DNA from: Octopus vulgaris
Lineage: Eukaryota
Direction: 5' to 3'
NCBI GenBank assembly: GCA_951406725.2
Contig: OX597814.1
Location: forward strand, 67,890,001-67,954,000
Length of the DNA stretch: 64,000 bases
The first letter of the stretch is position 1. Each line of letters starts with the position of its first letter. The notes beneath the pieces were generated by a model, which saw nothing but the letters and a program-made list of their open reading frames with translations, was not told the DNA's origin and did not search any database. Made by a program: the position numbers and the translations under genes. Positions 25,105-38,515 of this stretch are shown here, in pieces.

Positions 25105-25582
25105 TGTTTCTTGGGTTCTTGAGGTGGTCATTAAGCTCTGCAGTAATTTTGGGAGCTGTAGTTTTGTGTTCCTTTCTAATACTTCGTGTAAGAGTCCGAC
25201 GGTCCCTAACTGAAAGTTTTGGTTTTCTTCCGGAGTTTTGTTTCGACGAGGAGGTTTTCCCTGTTTCTCAAAGGCTGTCATTACTTTCGAGACAGTACTT
25301 CTTGATACACCAAGCATTTCGGCTGTTTTCGTTACGCTAGCGCCTACCATACGAGCACAAACAAGTTGACCTCTTTGAAAGCCCGATGGATCTGTCATTT
25401 TAATGAATTTTAATCACCTTTTTCTGATGATATCTGAAAAGAAACAGCAATTTTAGCAAAACATATTAAGCAATACTAATAAATCAAAAAACAAAAATAA
25501 ACAAGCTTTTGACGGTTTTACAGATATTTCAAAATTATGATGCTATGATGCTAGGTATTTCCATTATTTTGTTCAAAACCTG
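25105..25582 (-). mobile_element. Tc1-like transposon 5' fragment (left TIR and HTH part of transposase)
   Basis: MTDPSGFQRGQLVCARMVGASVTKTAEMLGVSRSTVSKV (paired-like HTH); terminus TA|CAGGTTTTGAACAAAATAATGGAAATACC. Confidence 0.85.
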
Positions 25583-25631
25583 TATAATATATAAATCAAA
25601 ATGGAGGACAGATTTTCGTAGGTCAAATTCC

Positions 25632-25678
<47 letters not shown>

Positions 25679-25794
25679 ATAATAAATCCCCCCCACCCCC
25701 AAAAAAACAAAACAAACACAACAAGAATAATTAACAATACGAGGACGTGATGCATGCAAAGTATTAGCAGACACTCAGGGAAGGAAAGAACGGT

Positions 25795-25831
25795 TGTTTT
25801 GCGTTTCGAGCAAAGCTCTTCTTCAGAAACA
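25795..25831 (-). ncRNA. Minimal hammerhead motif (CUGAAGA core; U16.1 changed to C)
   Basis: Reverse complement TGTTT-CTGAAGA-A-GAGC(TTT)GCTC-GAAA-CG-CA-AAACA. Confidence 0.6.
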
Positions 25832-25898
25832 GGAGACAGAGGGAGGTCCAAGAGACAAGGAAGATGGAGGGAAAAAATTGCCAACGATCAACATGTGG

Positions 25899-25969
<71 letters not shown>

Positions 25970-25973
<4 letters not shown>

Positions 25974-26155
25974 GTTCAAATTTATAGAAAACAAAAGACG
26001 AAGACAGGTGTAGGAGCAAAAAGCAGGTGTATTGGTTTAACGCTCGGGAGGAATGAGATCGTATTTTACGTTTCGAGCCTACGCTCTTTGACAGAAAGGA
26101 TTAAAGGGAAAAAACGGAGAAGGAATGATAAAAAACGGAAAGAGAGAGGAAAAAT
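25970..26155 (-). repeat. PLE pseudo-LTR fragment with minimal HHR motif (26064-26097)
   Basis: Reverse complement CCTTT-CTGTCAA-A-GAGC(GTAG)GCTC-GAAA-CG-TA-AAA. Flanks match 8830-8970. Confidence 0.7.
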
Positions 26156-26299
26156 ACATACATACACTTGAGGCTCAACCGAAAGTTAACCAAAAGTGCC
26201 TTTAACTTTTTGACGCTGATCATTCAAATTACACGTGTTGCTAGAATAACCCTTCCTCTACAGAAACGTACTTCTAAACATAATTTCCATCACACGTGA

Positions 26300-26830
26300 T
26301 ACTTTTGCACCATAGGCGAACCTAACTTTTGAAATCTCTTTGAAAAATACCAGTGTGCACTGTTATAACCGCTTCTTTACAGTCATTTCTACCTTGTCTG
26401 TGTCATCAAATTGGTGTCCCTGAAGATTGTTCGTCATTGGACTGCACAAGTGGACACGAGAAGGCGACAAAGTTCAGATCGTGCAATAGATGGGGACCAC
26501 AGTTCAACCCAATTTGCCAGTTGCCTGATTGTTGCCAAAGATGTCATGATAAATATGGATCGTTTCTAGATTCTTGTTTGGTCTCTTCCTTTTAATGATT
26601 CTGTACAACCACGTTCTAGAATATCAAAGAGAATGATACCCTTTGTTCCCCTCTCCCTCCCCTAAGAAAAAAAACAGTCACCATGACTCCCTGTGCCGTT
26701 CGTTGGCTTTTTAACTTTTAGGGCTCGGAGAAATGGCATGATGTCATTCCATAGATTGAACCTTCGCTTCGGGATGATAAATATCGACTGTGCCACCCAC
26801 ATTGTGTGTAGCTTTGTGCTTATGTTAGAA
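26300..26830 (-). pseudogene. Degenerate mariner transposase remnant (catalytic region)
   Basis: Minus-strand fragments IYHPEAKVQSME*H and LG*TVVPH..HLCSPMTNNLQGHQFDDTDKVEMTVKKRL resemble mariner ETKRQSMEW and PHPPYSPDL..HLF..L.G..F motifs. Confidence 0.6.
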
Positions 26831-28799
26831 ATTAATATACAATGTGTGAGCATTTTAGGTTGGTGATAAATTTGTAGTTTCAATTCTCGACCGAGGCAAT
26901 GTTTGCTTCACTGGTGTTAATAATAACACTGGAAAAGATATGAATATCACAGCAACTCAATTGACTTCAATCATTCATACATGCGAGAAGGTAATAGAAG
27001 AGCATGTCAGTATTTATTCCTTCTGTAGACTATAGTAGTTATATCAGGTTATGATTTATATGTAAGTTGAATAGTAACAATATCATGAAAAGCTGCGAAA
27101 TCCAATGAAAAAGTATTTCTATAGATGTGACTGATGTAAATTATTAGAGATTTACAAAGAAATACGATACACATTCAAGAAACAAATGAAATAATAATTT
27201 TGACTGTGCTTGATGTTATAGTCTTGTAAAAACCATTTCTAAGGATAGTTGGCATGCTAACACAATTATTCTTTTCAGGAATATCTCAGAATACTTTCAA
27301 CATGGATGACTGGGTTAAGTATGTCAGAGTGAATTGTTACATTCGTGTGTAACGAAATTATAATGCACTTGTTGCAATTACACATATACACACTTACTGC
27401 GGGACCGAGTGTACTTGCATATATGTATGCGTGCCTGCATTTCTTGCATATATGCTTATTCCGTAAATATATGCATGGGTGCCTGGATTTCATTTCATAG
27501 TTTGAAACGTAATAGTTTAGAAGGTTTTTTGATATTAAAATAATTACTTTTGCGTATGAAGAGCTATAAAATCCCTTATATCCATTACTGTAACATGAGT
27601 AATGCACGAATGTAAAGAAATTCTAACATTAAACAACAGGGGTGTTAAAATAAATTGCAAATAAATACATTGGGGTTAGTTTAAAATAAAATAAAAAATA
27701 CTTATTACTTTTCATCTCAATAGACATAGATATCAGTAAAAGCCGCATACCGTTTCCGTTAGGTTTAATCTCATAGAATACAGTGAATTGACAACTTGTT
27801 ACGTTACATTGTGTTTTAGCCCCAAGTAATCTCTGACTGAGCGGATCTATAACCAAATGCATTACAGCCGTGATCATCCCATCATATTTTTCATAGATTA
27901 CCACTAGACGACTGTCGTGCTATTTGACGGAGATTTGGCTGCTATTTCGATAAAGTCGAGCGGGCGCTGCCGATACAATGATTTTGTTGAAATTAGAACC
28001 CCAGTAATTTTTTGATGGCTTGGTACGAGGATTGAACCAAGCTGTTAACAACTCATCAAGAATCGTTCACCCCTGAGTGGAATCGAACTTCAGATAAACA
28101 CAATGGGATCGAACATGAGAGCTCGTGATTGAGTTCTTGGTTTCGATTTTATTGTGTAATTTGTTCAAGCGTTTCTTATAACGTTGCCTTGTGTCCACTC
28201 GATCCTTGTGAATGAAACTGGGTAGACAGAAAATGTGTTAGCAAGCTTTGTAATACACCGTGTTTTACTGAGTCTGCTTGAGAACTACGTTAAGGATATA
28301 CGTTTTTGTTGAATACTCAGCCACTTACATTCCAAATTGGTGAGTTGGTCATTTAGTTGATTGAAAAACAGGAATACTCGTTGTCGAAGCCGACAGAGGA
28401 TTCATATACTTATTTACCAGTATGTTTGCATTTCAATTTTTTGCACGATGTCTGCTAGTAAGTCTAAGGGAGGATATATTACTTCGTAGTGATTACATGC
28501 CAGTTCAGAGAGTGAAGTGAAACGACTGCAAACGGTAATTTTAATATTGCGAACACAAAAGAACTACTAAAGATATTAGATGTGATACGAAGGCTGATGA
28601 TGAGATACGTCGCTATTTAGATGTGGCAACAAATAACAATCGGCCAGTAAACTTGCCAAATATAAATCAGGACGTAAGTTTGAATTTCCATAAGAACAAT
28701 TTGTAAGTAATAGCTGCATTTCTAAAACCCTAGATAGCATGCTGGTAACTAGTAAAAGTCTTACTTAAGTTAAAATTTTCCCCAGACAAGCAGCCAACG

Positions 28800-29050
28800 T
28801 CTCAGTATTATTACTGCTGTGACAAACATAGAGAGATTGACCTTGACTGAATTTCATAGTTACGTGCATAAAGAACAATTTGAAAACTTTCTTTACTATT
28901 TAGCTGAACATTTTCAGGGCCAAGGGTATATTTGCATATTCGATAATGCACTTGTTCATAATGGGAGTCAAAGTTTTCAATTCAAGGTTTTTACTATTGT
29001 TGTTTGAAACATCAGTCGATGTGTTCGCCTCTATTATTAGAAGACTGTTA
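28800..29050 (+). pseudogene. IS630/Tc1-type DDE transposase remnant
   Basis: FENFLYYLAEHFQGQGYICIFDNALVHN resembles the second-Asp 'MDNA.IH' motif; heavily decayed. Confidence 0.4.
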
Positions 29051-30057
29051 TTCGTGCATATACTACGCAATAAAAGCGGGAGTTTCTCCAGCAAATATTT
29101 GCGTAGAAGTGTTACAAAAGCATATACCAAGATAATATTCTCAGAAAATTTGCATTGGAGGCCACTGATGAATTGGCTCCCGAAAAAAGAAAGCTGGAAG
29201 GTATTACAATAATATAAGGAGTTTTACATCGATTCATGATTGATAAAAGCATAATTAAATAGGCTTGTTCACATTACAAACGATATGATGTTATAATTCT
29301 TTTTAAGGAAATTGTTTTGTTTTAATCTTGTTTTGAAATCATAATTCCCAATTTAAAATTTATTCATTGCTATTTTGAAATCAATTTTACTTAAATTACT
29401 TATTCAAACAAGTTATATTGAATACAGCACAATTGTGCAGTTTTCAATATAATTTATAAATATATCCATAAATTTTAGATTTCCCTAATGACAACTAGTC
29501 TTGCCTGACATGTTTGCTGATTAAGGATATATACCTACCTACAAGGTATATAAATAAATCTTTGGAAGAGAGCTGAACACAGCACTGTACATCAACGAAA
29601 CACGCGTCATTCTTAGTACTAAAGACAGCAGATAAAATAAAGTTTCTATATTAGCTGTTTAAGTTACTCCTGTTATATCTGATTGATTATTTTAAAAGAG
29701 ATCTATATGTATACTCTCGAGAAAGTAACAGACTAACAAATGAATTAACAGTGGGGTTTGGAAGTTCGATTCACAATCACGTGAATTCAAGTGCAATCCC
29801 ACTACGTGGCGCTTAGAACATATGCTTTTTTCAAATTAATCACATTGGTCGTGGGTTTTAGACAGTGAATCAAATAATACAAAATTTACATTTGGATGAA
29901 GGGTTTATGTATAGTTTGGTAGTAATTTATATGTAGTTTAGTAGTCACGTATCTACTAAAATACCTCCTTTATTCTTCCAATCATTAGAAAAGTACTTTT
30001 CTTATATTAGCTCTTATAATCTTATTGTTAAACATATATATTTATATTCATTTATAT

Positions 30058-30107
<50 letters not shown>

Positions 30108-30325
30108 TCACTCATACATAAATATATGTATACATGTATTCACTGTCATAAATATATATGTATTCTTTTATTTTTTACTTGTTTCTGTCATTTGACTGCG
30201 GCCATGCTGGAACAACACCGCCTTTAATCGAACAAGTTGATCCTACAACTTATTCTTTATAAGCCGAACAATAATTTACGTTATTAATTCAAATCCTGTT
30301 ATCGTATTCATGAATACGTTTTTCG

Positions 30326-30382
<57 letters not shown>

Positions 30383-30386
30383 GTAT

Positions 30387-30453
<67 letters not shown>

Positions 30454-30735
30454 AGTGTATGCGTCCTTTCATATTTACCTATGTCGCTGTTAATATGCAA
30501 TAAAAAGTGTGCACTCGAGCGTGTGTATGATTAACCATTCGGACGCATAAAATGTTGCTTTTGTTTTTGTATGAATAGTGTGTTAGAAGAAACTAGTTTA
30601 GAATGTCTTTGACAGCGTTTATATTTTAGATCCAATGGTATCTACCCGTTTACCCTACAAAAATCGTGTTCTATTTACTTTTTTATAAATGCACCTGCTT
30701 TTGACTTTAGATATATAGTTATACAAATAGATATA

Positions 30736-30809
<74 letters not shown>

Positions 30810-31373
30810 ACAGAATGAGATAAAAATCCAAGGCTGTGAAAGATTTCAGAACATTTATAAAGAGGTCTTACAGCTGTTTCCGGGACCTAAATAATACTCA
30901 CGCTGCCCTAATTACCCAACGAAACAAACCAATCTACCACTAGCAAACCTCTACCCAGCAAATTTACCAGTGCAAGAACAAAAATTTAATGTAATAATTA
31001 CCGCTTTGTTTACATTACCGTCACATATGAATCAATTATTTTCACATCCTAACCGATGCATCTATCTATATTCGCATTCTGTAGAGATTTACTTAAACCA
31101 GTAAATCGAAAGGATCGTAAATGCTACTCTCATCTCTGCTTCTTCCTTCTTTGTTACCTATTTAATTAAAGACATACCAGCGTAAACCACAAGTTTCCCA
31201 TTTTAATTTTATCCATTTTCTTCTCCTATATATATAAAAAATAGTAAAAAGTGAAAAAACTACAGAAGGCTTAAATGTTAAAAAATATATATTTGCGTCA
31301 ATATGTCTGAAGAATATTAAAAAAATTTTTGAAGAATATTAAAAAAAATTCCTCTTATAATGACATAATTTAG

Positions 31374-31412
31374 AAGAAAGACCGGTTTCGCGTTTAGCTT
31401 TTCAAATTTCTT
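31374..31412 (-). ncRNA. Degenerate minimal hammerhead downstream of PLE ORF
   Basis: Reverse complement AAGAAA-T-TTGAAAA-GC(TAAAC)GC-GAAA-CCGG-TC-TTTCTT: helix I, palindromic ACCGGT helix III and GUC site intact; CUGANGA core mutated. Confidence 0.55.
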
Positions 31413-31521
31413 GCGACGTTATGTTTATGTGGAACAGGGTTATCGTTATGTTTATGTTCAAAAGAGTTCTAAATAAGGGGAGGTAATGAGTGATTTCTTC
31501 CGGTGTAAGGGAGATAATCGC

Positions 31522-33510
31522 TTAAAATTTTTTTCCTTTCCCTTGGTGTGAATTTCTCTGTATCAGTATGTTGGGATGGTTAAGTCTGGGCTTGTACTTT
31601 TCAATGAAGAATGTTTCCTTGTTTAGTCTAATTTGTGTTGATGATCCGATAGCACATTGGTAAAATGGAAAGATTAAAAATTGTGGTAGTAGTTGCTTTG
31701 CGCATTTCTCAATGTGCTCACTAAAAGGTATCATTCTGTATTCTGGGAATGCAATCTGTTGTCGATGCAGTGTGCATCTACGTCTGAGTGATAGTCCCGT
31801 GGATCCCACGTAGTCTTGGTGGCAGCCCGAGCATTTTATGACATAAATTATGTTTTCAGAGGCACAAGTAAAGTTAGATTTGATCTTGAATTTCTGTCCC
31901 TCTTTAAAGAGGAATTCTGATCCTTCTAGCAGGTTTGGACATGTTGCACAGTTCGATCTACCACATTTTTTAACTTTTGCATCCGTAATATCAGAAGACA
32001 ATTTTGCCTTTGTGAGAATCTTTTTAAGTGATTTAGGTTGTTTGTAGCTTTTAATGATTTGGTGTATGTTTAGAATTTCCTTTAATTTGGGGTCCTTATG
32101 AAGTATTGGTAAATTCTGGGTGATGATGGTGAAGGCTTCTTTGTTTCTGGGGTTGTATGTAGATATGTAAGGTAGTATTTTCGGGGAAGGTGTGTTGTTG
32201 TGTTGAACTTTTCTTAAAGTTTCTATGTTGATTTCTGTTTCACGTCTGATCCCATCCTCTATGAGTTGAGCTGGGTAATGTCTGTCAATTAGGGTGTTTT
32301 TGAGTTCTTGCAGTCTAAAGTTCCTGGTATTTTGTTCTGACACTATTGTGCATATCCTTCTTGCAAGGTTGAAGGGGGTGTTTGTTTTAGTGTGTCTTGG
32401 GTGGCATGAATTAAGAAGAAGGTATTGTTTGGCGTCTGTGGCTTTGTAAAAAATGTCTGTTTCTATTTTAAGGTTAATTTTTTAATTAGTATATCCAAGA
32501 ACGGGAGCTCATTTTGGTTGTATTCCATTGTGAACTGTATATTTGGGTTTATGCTGTTCAACAGGTTTTTAAATTTTAGGAGTTTATCTGTGTTTTCATT
32601 CCAGAGTATAAAACAATCGTCTAAGAATCGTTTCCAATTCTCTTTTATGTATTGAGAAAGGGGGTTTCCAAAGATTGATAAAGATTCCTGGTAAATGATT
32701 ATTTCCATGTAGCCCATTGTTAGGTTCGCAATGACTGGTGCTGCCCTTGTACCCATAGCAATTCCGGATTTTTGACGGTAAAATGTATTGTCAAACATGA
32801 AGTGGTTATTATGTAGGATGAATTCAATTGATTTAGTAATGAATTCTTTACTGATCCTTTTTGGTATTTCTTCCGGAAATTGGTTCAGCCAGAACTGTAT
32901 TGCCTCTAGTCCATAATTATGAGGTATACTGGTATATAAGTTAACCACATCAAATGAAACCAGGATTGTTTCTTCCTTGGCTTTTTTTGGAAGGTGGTTT
33001 AACATATCCAAGTCATCTCTGATATGGCTATCGATATGTTTAAGGAAGGGTTTCAGGAGGATGTCCATAAATAGACTTACTCTGTGTGTTTCACAGGTTG
33101 GGCCAGCTACAATGGGTCGTAGTTTTAGGTCCCCCGGGTTAGGTGTGTGTATGTATGTCTTTGGTGATTTTTTAATGGTTTCATTTATAATTTGACTTTT
33201 ATGAATTTTTGGCAGACCATAGAAAAGGCTAGGTTTGCATTTAAAGTTTGTTAGAAAATCAATCTCTTTGGTTGTTAGTTCCTTTTCATGGGTTTTAATT
33301 AGTGAAGATAGAGTTTTCATTATTTTTTGTGGGGTGTAGTTGGTAATTTTTTCATAATGTAGGTCGTCATCAAGCAAGGAAATTACAAGATTTCTGTAGT
33401 ATGATGTATCCATTATTACAACTGCATTTCCCTTGTCTGCTTCCTTAATGGTTATATCCTCATCATTTTGAAGTTCTATCAGTTCTTTCCATTGTGTGGT
33501 GTTAAAATTT
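31522..33510 (-). pseudogene. 5'-truncated AT-rich Penelope-like element (Neptune-like), RT + GIY-YIG
   Basis: FYGLPKIHK, LRPIVAG, SFDVVNLYT, GIAMGTRAAP, WKRFLDD, CGRSNCATC and NIIYVIKC..C..YVGST. One frameshift near 32465. Confidence 0.95.
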
Positions 33511-33593
33511 GAGATGGCAGTGATAGATGTATTAACGAGGTATATGTATTAATGAGTTAATGGCACACACTCCCATATCTATCTATCTATCTG

Positions 33594-33672
<79 letters not shown>

Positions 33673-33673
33673 A

Positions 33674-34226
33674 TCTTGTCCCATTTTGTATTTTTATATA
33701 TATTTTCTATACATAAATTATTGCGGCGTAACGTATACCATGTTCTCTTATATGTATGTAAGCATTCCACTAAACTTTGTACAACTTCTTACACACTTCC
33801 TCTGTACTTCACTTGTCTCTGTCTTTCTCTTTTCTCGCCTCTTTGATTCTTTGGTCTCCTCTTCCCCCACTCTCTCACATTTCTCTGCCTTTCTCACTTT
33901 GCACCTCACTGACCCTGCCTTTTGTCCCGCCAATCCTTAGCACGCTCTCTTTCTTCTCCCTTCCTTAATTCCTTCTTTCTCTCTCTTCTCCCCCTCCTTG
34001 GTGCCCTTGTCCCTCTTTTTCTCTCTCTTCTCCCTCTCTTTGATTCCTTTGCCCCTTTTCTCTCTCTCTTCTCTTTTCACGTGACAGCCAGTCAACTATA
34101 GCCTTTCGGCTTCCGACCAGCGCCAGGACAACATCGATTTCTTCGTCTGCCGTAAGGCATTATCTTTCAAATACGCCAAGCTAAGTTGAACTGTCTAAAG
34201 TCGAACGACGCCTGTTGTTTTTGTCC

Positions 34227-34275
<49 letters not shown>

Positions 34276-34580
34276 GTTTTTTGTATTTATATTCGTATTA
34301 CTTTTTGTTTTTTGTATTTATATTCGTGTGTTATCGTCCGTTTTTCTGTCCTTGTTTCGTATACATTCGATCCTTTTTCCAAGAAATCTAATGCTGGTAG
34401 CTTAGTTTTTCCTTAGGGCTGGCCGGATCGGAGCGATCTCAAGATTAATCAGCCGAAATTGCGAGGATGATCCGGTTCTTGACTAAAGATTAGAGGCTTC
34501 GAATGACCCGTCCGTTTTTTGGGTCGTCTATTTGAATGTTTTGCGTTCTTGTCCCATTTTGTATTTTTATATATATTTTC

Positions 34581-34583
<3 letters not shown>
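33674..34583 (+). mobile_element. Non-coding element, family A copy 2, with 37-bp terminal direct repeats
   Basis: TCTTGTCCCATTTTGTATTTTTATATATATTTTCTAT at 33674-33710 and 34547-34583; 3' half homologous to 21290-21770; microsatellites on both flanks. Confidence 0.7.
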
Positions 34584-34625
<42 letters not shown>

Positions 34626-34829
34626 AATATAAATCTACAGTGAGAAATGTAACAGAATGTTAGTAAATGGCGGTTGAATGTGGTAAGGTGTTGGGGAGGC
34701 AACAGAGGACTATTGCTGTCACACCTGGGACGGTGCTGTTATGCATATAGGCATCCTGGGCTTCACCCAGAGAAGGACCACCCAACTAAATAAGATTCAA
34801 TTACTCCTCTCTCCACGCGTCTCTGCACT

Positions 34830-35160
34830 AACCATTTTATCCAGTCCTTTCTCAGTATAATGGACGGTGCGAAGCCTCAGCAGAAGCTAAAGTTAAAAAC
34901 AAATCATCAGGTTTTGGGTTGCAAAAGGACATTTCTTACTGCTGCCCTGCAATGCGACACAAAGTCAAGATGCACTTTTGTTGTCTTCCCAACATCATAT
35001 TCAGCAGAGCGGGGCTTCAGTACAGTTGCCCAGCTTCTTTCTAAGTAAGGAAACAGGCTGGAAAGTTATTGAATGCGCAGCTCCAAGACTACTTAGTATC
35101 TTACAGTCTGATGTAAAGGAGCTGATATCCCAGCACCAAGTACATCAATCTCATTAAAAT
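34830..35160 (+). pseudogene. hAT (Buster/Charlie-like) transposase C-terminal remnant
   Basis: VFPTSYSAERGFSTVAQLLSK*GNRLE matches the hAT dimerisation motif FPTSY..ERGFS.....K.RNRL. Confidence 0.7.
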
Positions 35161-36881
35161 AATTAAAATATAATTACAGGTAAATAAAGTGTTTACTAGC
35201 TTAAGTTTTATTTGTAAAATATAGTTGTTTTGAATTTGCAACAGAAAAGCGGTGAAGTTGTGTGAGGAGGTGCTAGGAATGTGATCTGGAAACTACTGCT
35301 TTAGGTGGTGCCTCAACATAGCTGCTGTGCAATAAGTTCAAGAAATAAAAAAAGGTAAACACGGCTTAAAGCGATGTTGGTTTTCAAATGCTCGTAATGC
35401 ATTTTATCAAAATTAATAGAAAATTAAAGTATATGATTTTGCTATTTAGGAAAAATGAATCCTGCTATTCTAAAACTCAAATGCCCTTTAATATTTTTTA
35501 TGTCTCAAGGCTGGATTTAAATTAATACTTAAGAGCTCCTATTTTCTAACAAAATATGCCTTGTGAGTTAGTCGAAAATTGCTTTTCAGCAGACAATTAA
35601 GATTAGGTATGCGCAGCACTACAGTAAGCTACAGAAAGAAATTCTAAATTTGTGTTCCGGTTCAGGTTTTTCTTTATAAGTTTCGTTGCTAATAATTTCG
35701 AAAAGACATAAATCACACGGTGTAATAAATTTGAAGCCTGTTGTCAGTGTTAAACATCAATATTATATGAACAGAAGTTCTGAAATCTAACATTAATGCA
35801 GGTGTTGTATAGTTTTAATATACATTCTTTAGCTTATAACAGTTTTATAAAATATATAATGGAGTTAAGTAACCTTATTGAATCGATTGCACGCACTTCT
35901 CATTCACTGTGTCGAGTAACATTAAGTAATATTAACAGTCTCAATACACTCTAAGCTAACGACAGCTGGAATCAAAGAAAGGTCTGCCTGGGGAAAATCA
36001 GTCTTGTAGATTAGCAGAATCATAGGAATGTCTAACAAATGTCTCCGGTATTTACTTACAGCATGTCAACGTTTTGATTTAAATACCACCGAAATTAATT
36101 TTGCATTTCCTTTTTTCGGGATCAATAAAATAAAGTATCAGTCAGGAACTGAGGCCTATTCCTATTATGTATCCGAAATCTGAAAAGAATTACAATGGAA
36201 GACAAATCAATTTGTGAGCTGAATATCAGCATATCCAAGAGCTGAGTTGTTTCATATTTCTAGAATGTGAAATAAGAACTGGAGTCATAAAAAAAAAAGC
36301 AGTATGTAATTTTATAACTACTAGTGGGACCCGGGAAAATTCCATGGAATGGAAAAAATTAAAAGGGCTTATTTAAGGAAGAAAGGATGATTTGCATTTT
36401 TCATAGCATTCATAGTTTAACTTTCTTTAAATAGCCATGACATTCGTCTACACACAGTTCCTCACGTCTCCGTCGGTGTTATCTTTTTTTTTTATTATAG
36501 TTTGTCGCTGTTCCTCTCTGATCCGTGCCCTATATCTGAGCATTCTTTCTCGGGCAGCTTATAGACAAATATCAATCTTTTAAGTGAGCCGACGATAAAT
36601 AATTGCGCTTAAGCATATGCGATGTCCGCTATAAAAAAAAAATATCAACACACCACCAACATCAGCATCACCACCACTATCTGTCTGTCAGTCCCTCTCT
36701 CTCTCTCTCTCTCTCTCTCTGATCGGTCGTGTTATTCTTTGCTCCGCAGTGAAAGATTGTTTTTGTGCTGAAAAGTTTGAAAATTTGCTGTTTTGGTCGT
36801 CGAGGCCACTTCTTTTCTGCTGTTGCAGCAGAGCTTTGCTGTTCTTTCCCCCTTGTTTCAAGGGGGAAGTGACGAAAAGAC

Positions 36882-38496
36882 ATGAATTTGCAACCAGTCT
36901 CCTCCGAGTCGGAGGAAAACGTTGAAAATTTGTTTGAAGGCATGAAGGCGAAAATGCGGGAGGAGGAAGGTAGAAGTAAAGAGACGTCTCACGCGAGCGT
37001 CACAAAAGCAGACGACAATATGTCTGGCGAAGTTAGTAAACGACAAGAAAAGGCAAAAATAAATTTTGCGAGTGCAGCAACTCGCCCCTGTGAAAATATA
37101 GTCATCAACAAGGAAGAATTAAAGAAATACCAAGGACTACTAAAAAAAGAAGGTGATAATGTGAAGTTGTTCCCTCCCAGTGAATTGATTTACGCGACGG
37201 AGAGAAAAACTGTCATATACAAGACGTATAATGTCAAAAATAAGAAAATTGACTTCGTACAGAGAGAAGCCATTGAAAAATGTTTGAGGCCGATATGGCA
37301 ACAAACTACATTTATAACAAGGGGTAGTCGCTTCGGCACGGTAGAGGTGCGTTTCCCTAGCGAAGAAATAGCTAGGGAACATTCAACAAGAACGTTGAAG
37401 TCGGAAGAGGTAGTTCTTTTACCATTTTATTTAGGAATGAGAACTAGTAGAATAACGGTTACGGACATTCCGCCCGAAATCGAGGTGGATTTTATAACAG
37501 CAGCGATTCTCTTAGGCAAAGAGGAAGAAATTGCCATTCTTCAGTCTAAAAGATATCGCCCCACAACCTGGTATGGACAGGACTTAGAGCTTGTGATCCA
37601 AGCGAACCCCTCGGACTTGGAAAAATTGCCAAGCTCCCTCACCATTGGAGATACCACCTTGATGGTAATAGTCGAGGGAAGAAAACCGAGATGCTATAAA
37701 TGTGGCGAGAAAGGCCACATACGGTCGAGCTGCAAGAAGACAGCGAAAGAAAATACTACAGAGGCAAGCACGACGCCGAAAACAACTTCACCGCTAGAAA
37801 TAGCAGCCACGTCGCGCACCCCAATTGCCGAAATTCAGCCGACAACGGGAGAAAACAACGACAACAACGATGACAACAACATCAACAACATCCAGGAGTG
37901 GGTCAACGTGGAAGCTTCAAAAGAAGACGGAAACGGAAAAATCCACCCTCTTTGGATACACAGGACTATACTCTGACACAGACAAGCACACCCACACCCA
38001 CAAATACAGTCGCAAACACACACGTAGCCAAAAAAACACACACACTGGAAAAAGCACACACAAACACTCACACACCTACCACAAGCACGCACACACCTAC
38101 AAACACCCACGCTTCTACAAGCACACACACACCCACAAACACACACACACAGCCCCCTCCACAATCACCTAACAAAAAAAAAGAAACACCTTCACGGCGA
38201 TAAATAAAAACAATAACCCATTAAGGGAAAAAATTAATTTACTGAAATCGGCGAAAAAATATATCGCAACAGATATAAATAGTATTATATCCGAAAATGT
38301 AGAATTTTATACGATAGATAACGAGGATTATTTTGAAATTAAAAAATCTTTTGCGGAGGACGCAGGCCCGTTACAGATGAACTTTTCAAGCCATCTGTAC
38401 AAGCAATTAGCAAAAAAACTGACCTCGCAAAACACAACACTCACAGACAGAAAAGATGAGGGTGAAACTACACCCTCTCTTCTGTTAAAACAGTAA
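36882..38496 (+). pseudogene. Tx1 ORF1 (gag-like, CCHC zinc knuckle), two frameshifts
   Basis: CYKCGEKGHIRSSC knuckle and Thr-rich linker. Continues in shifted frames near 37915 and at the A-run near 38175, to TAA at 38494-38496. Confidence 0.85.
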
Positions 38497-38515
38497 GTTT
38501 TAAACATTCAACTAA

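Noticed and set aside
29570-29615. Possible hammerhead around GAAACACGCGTC
   Set aside because: No convincing CUGANGA core or helix II could be paired.
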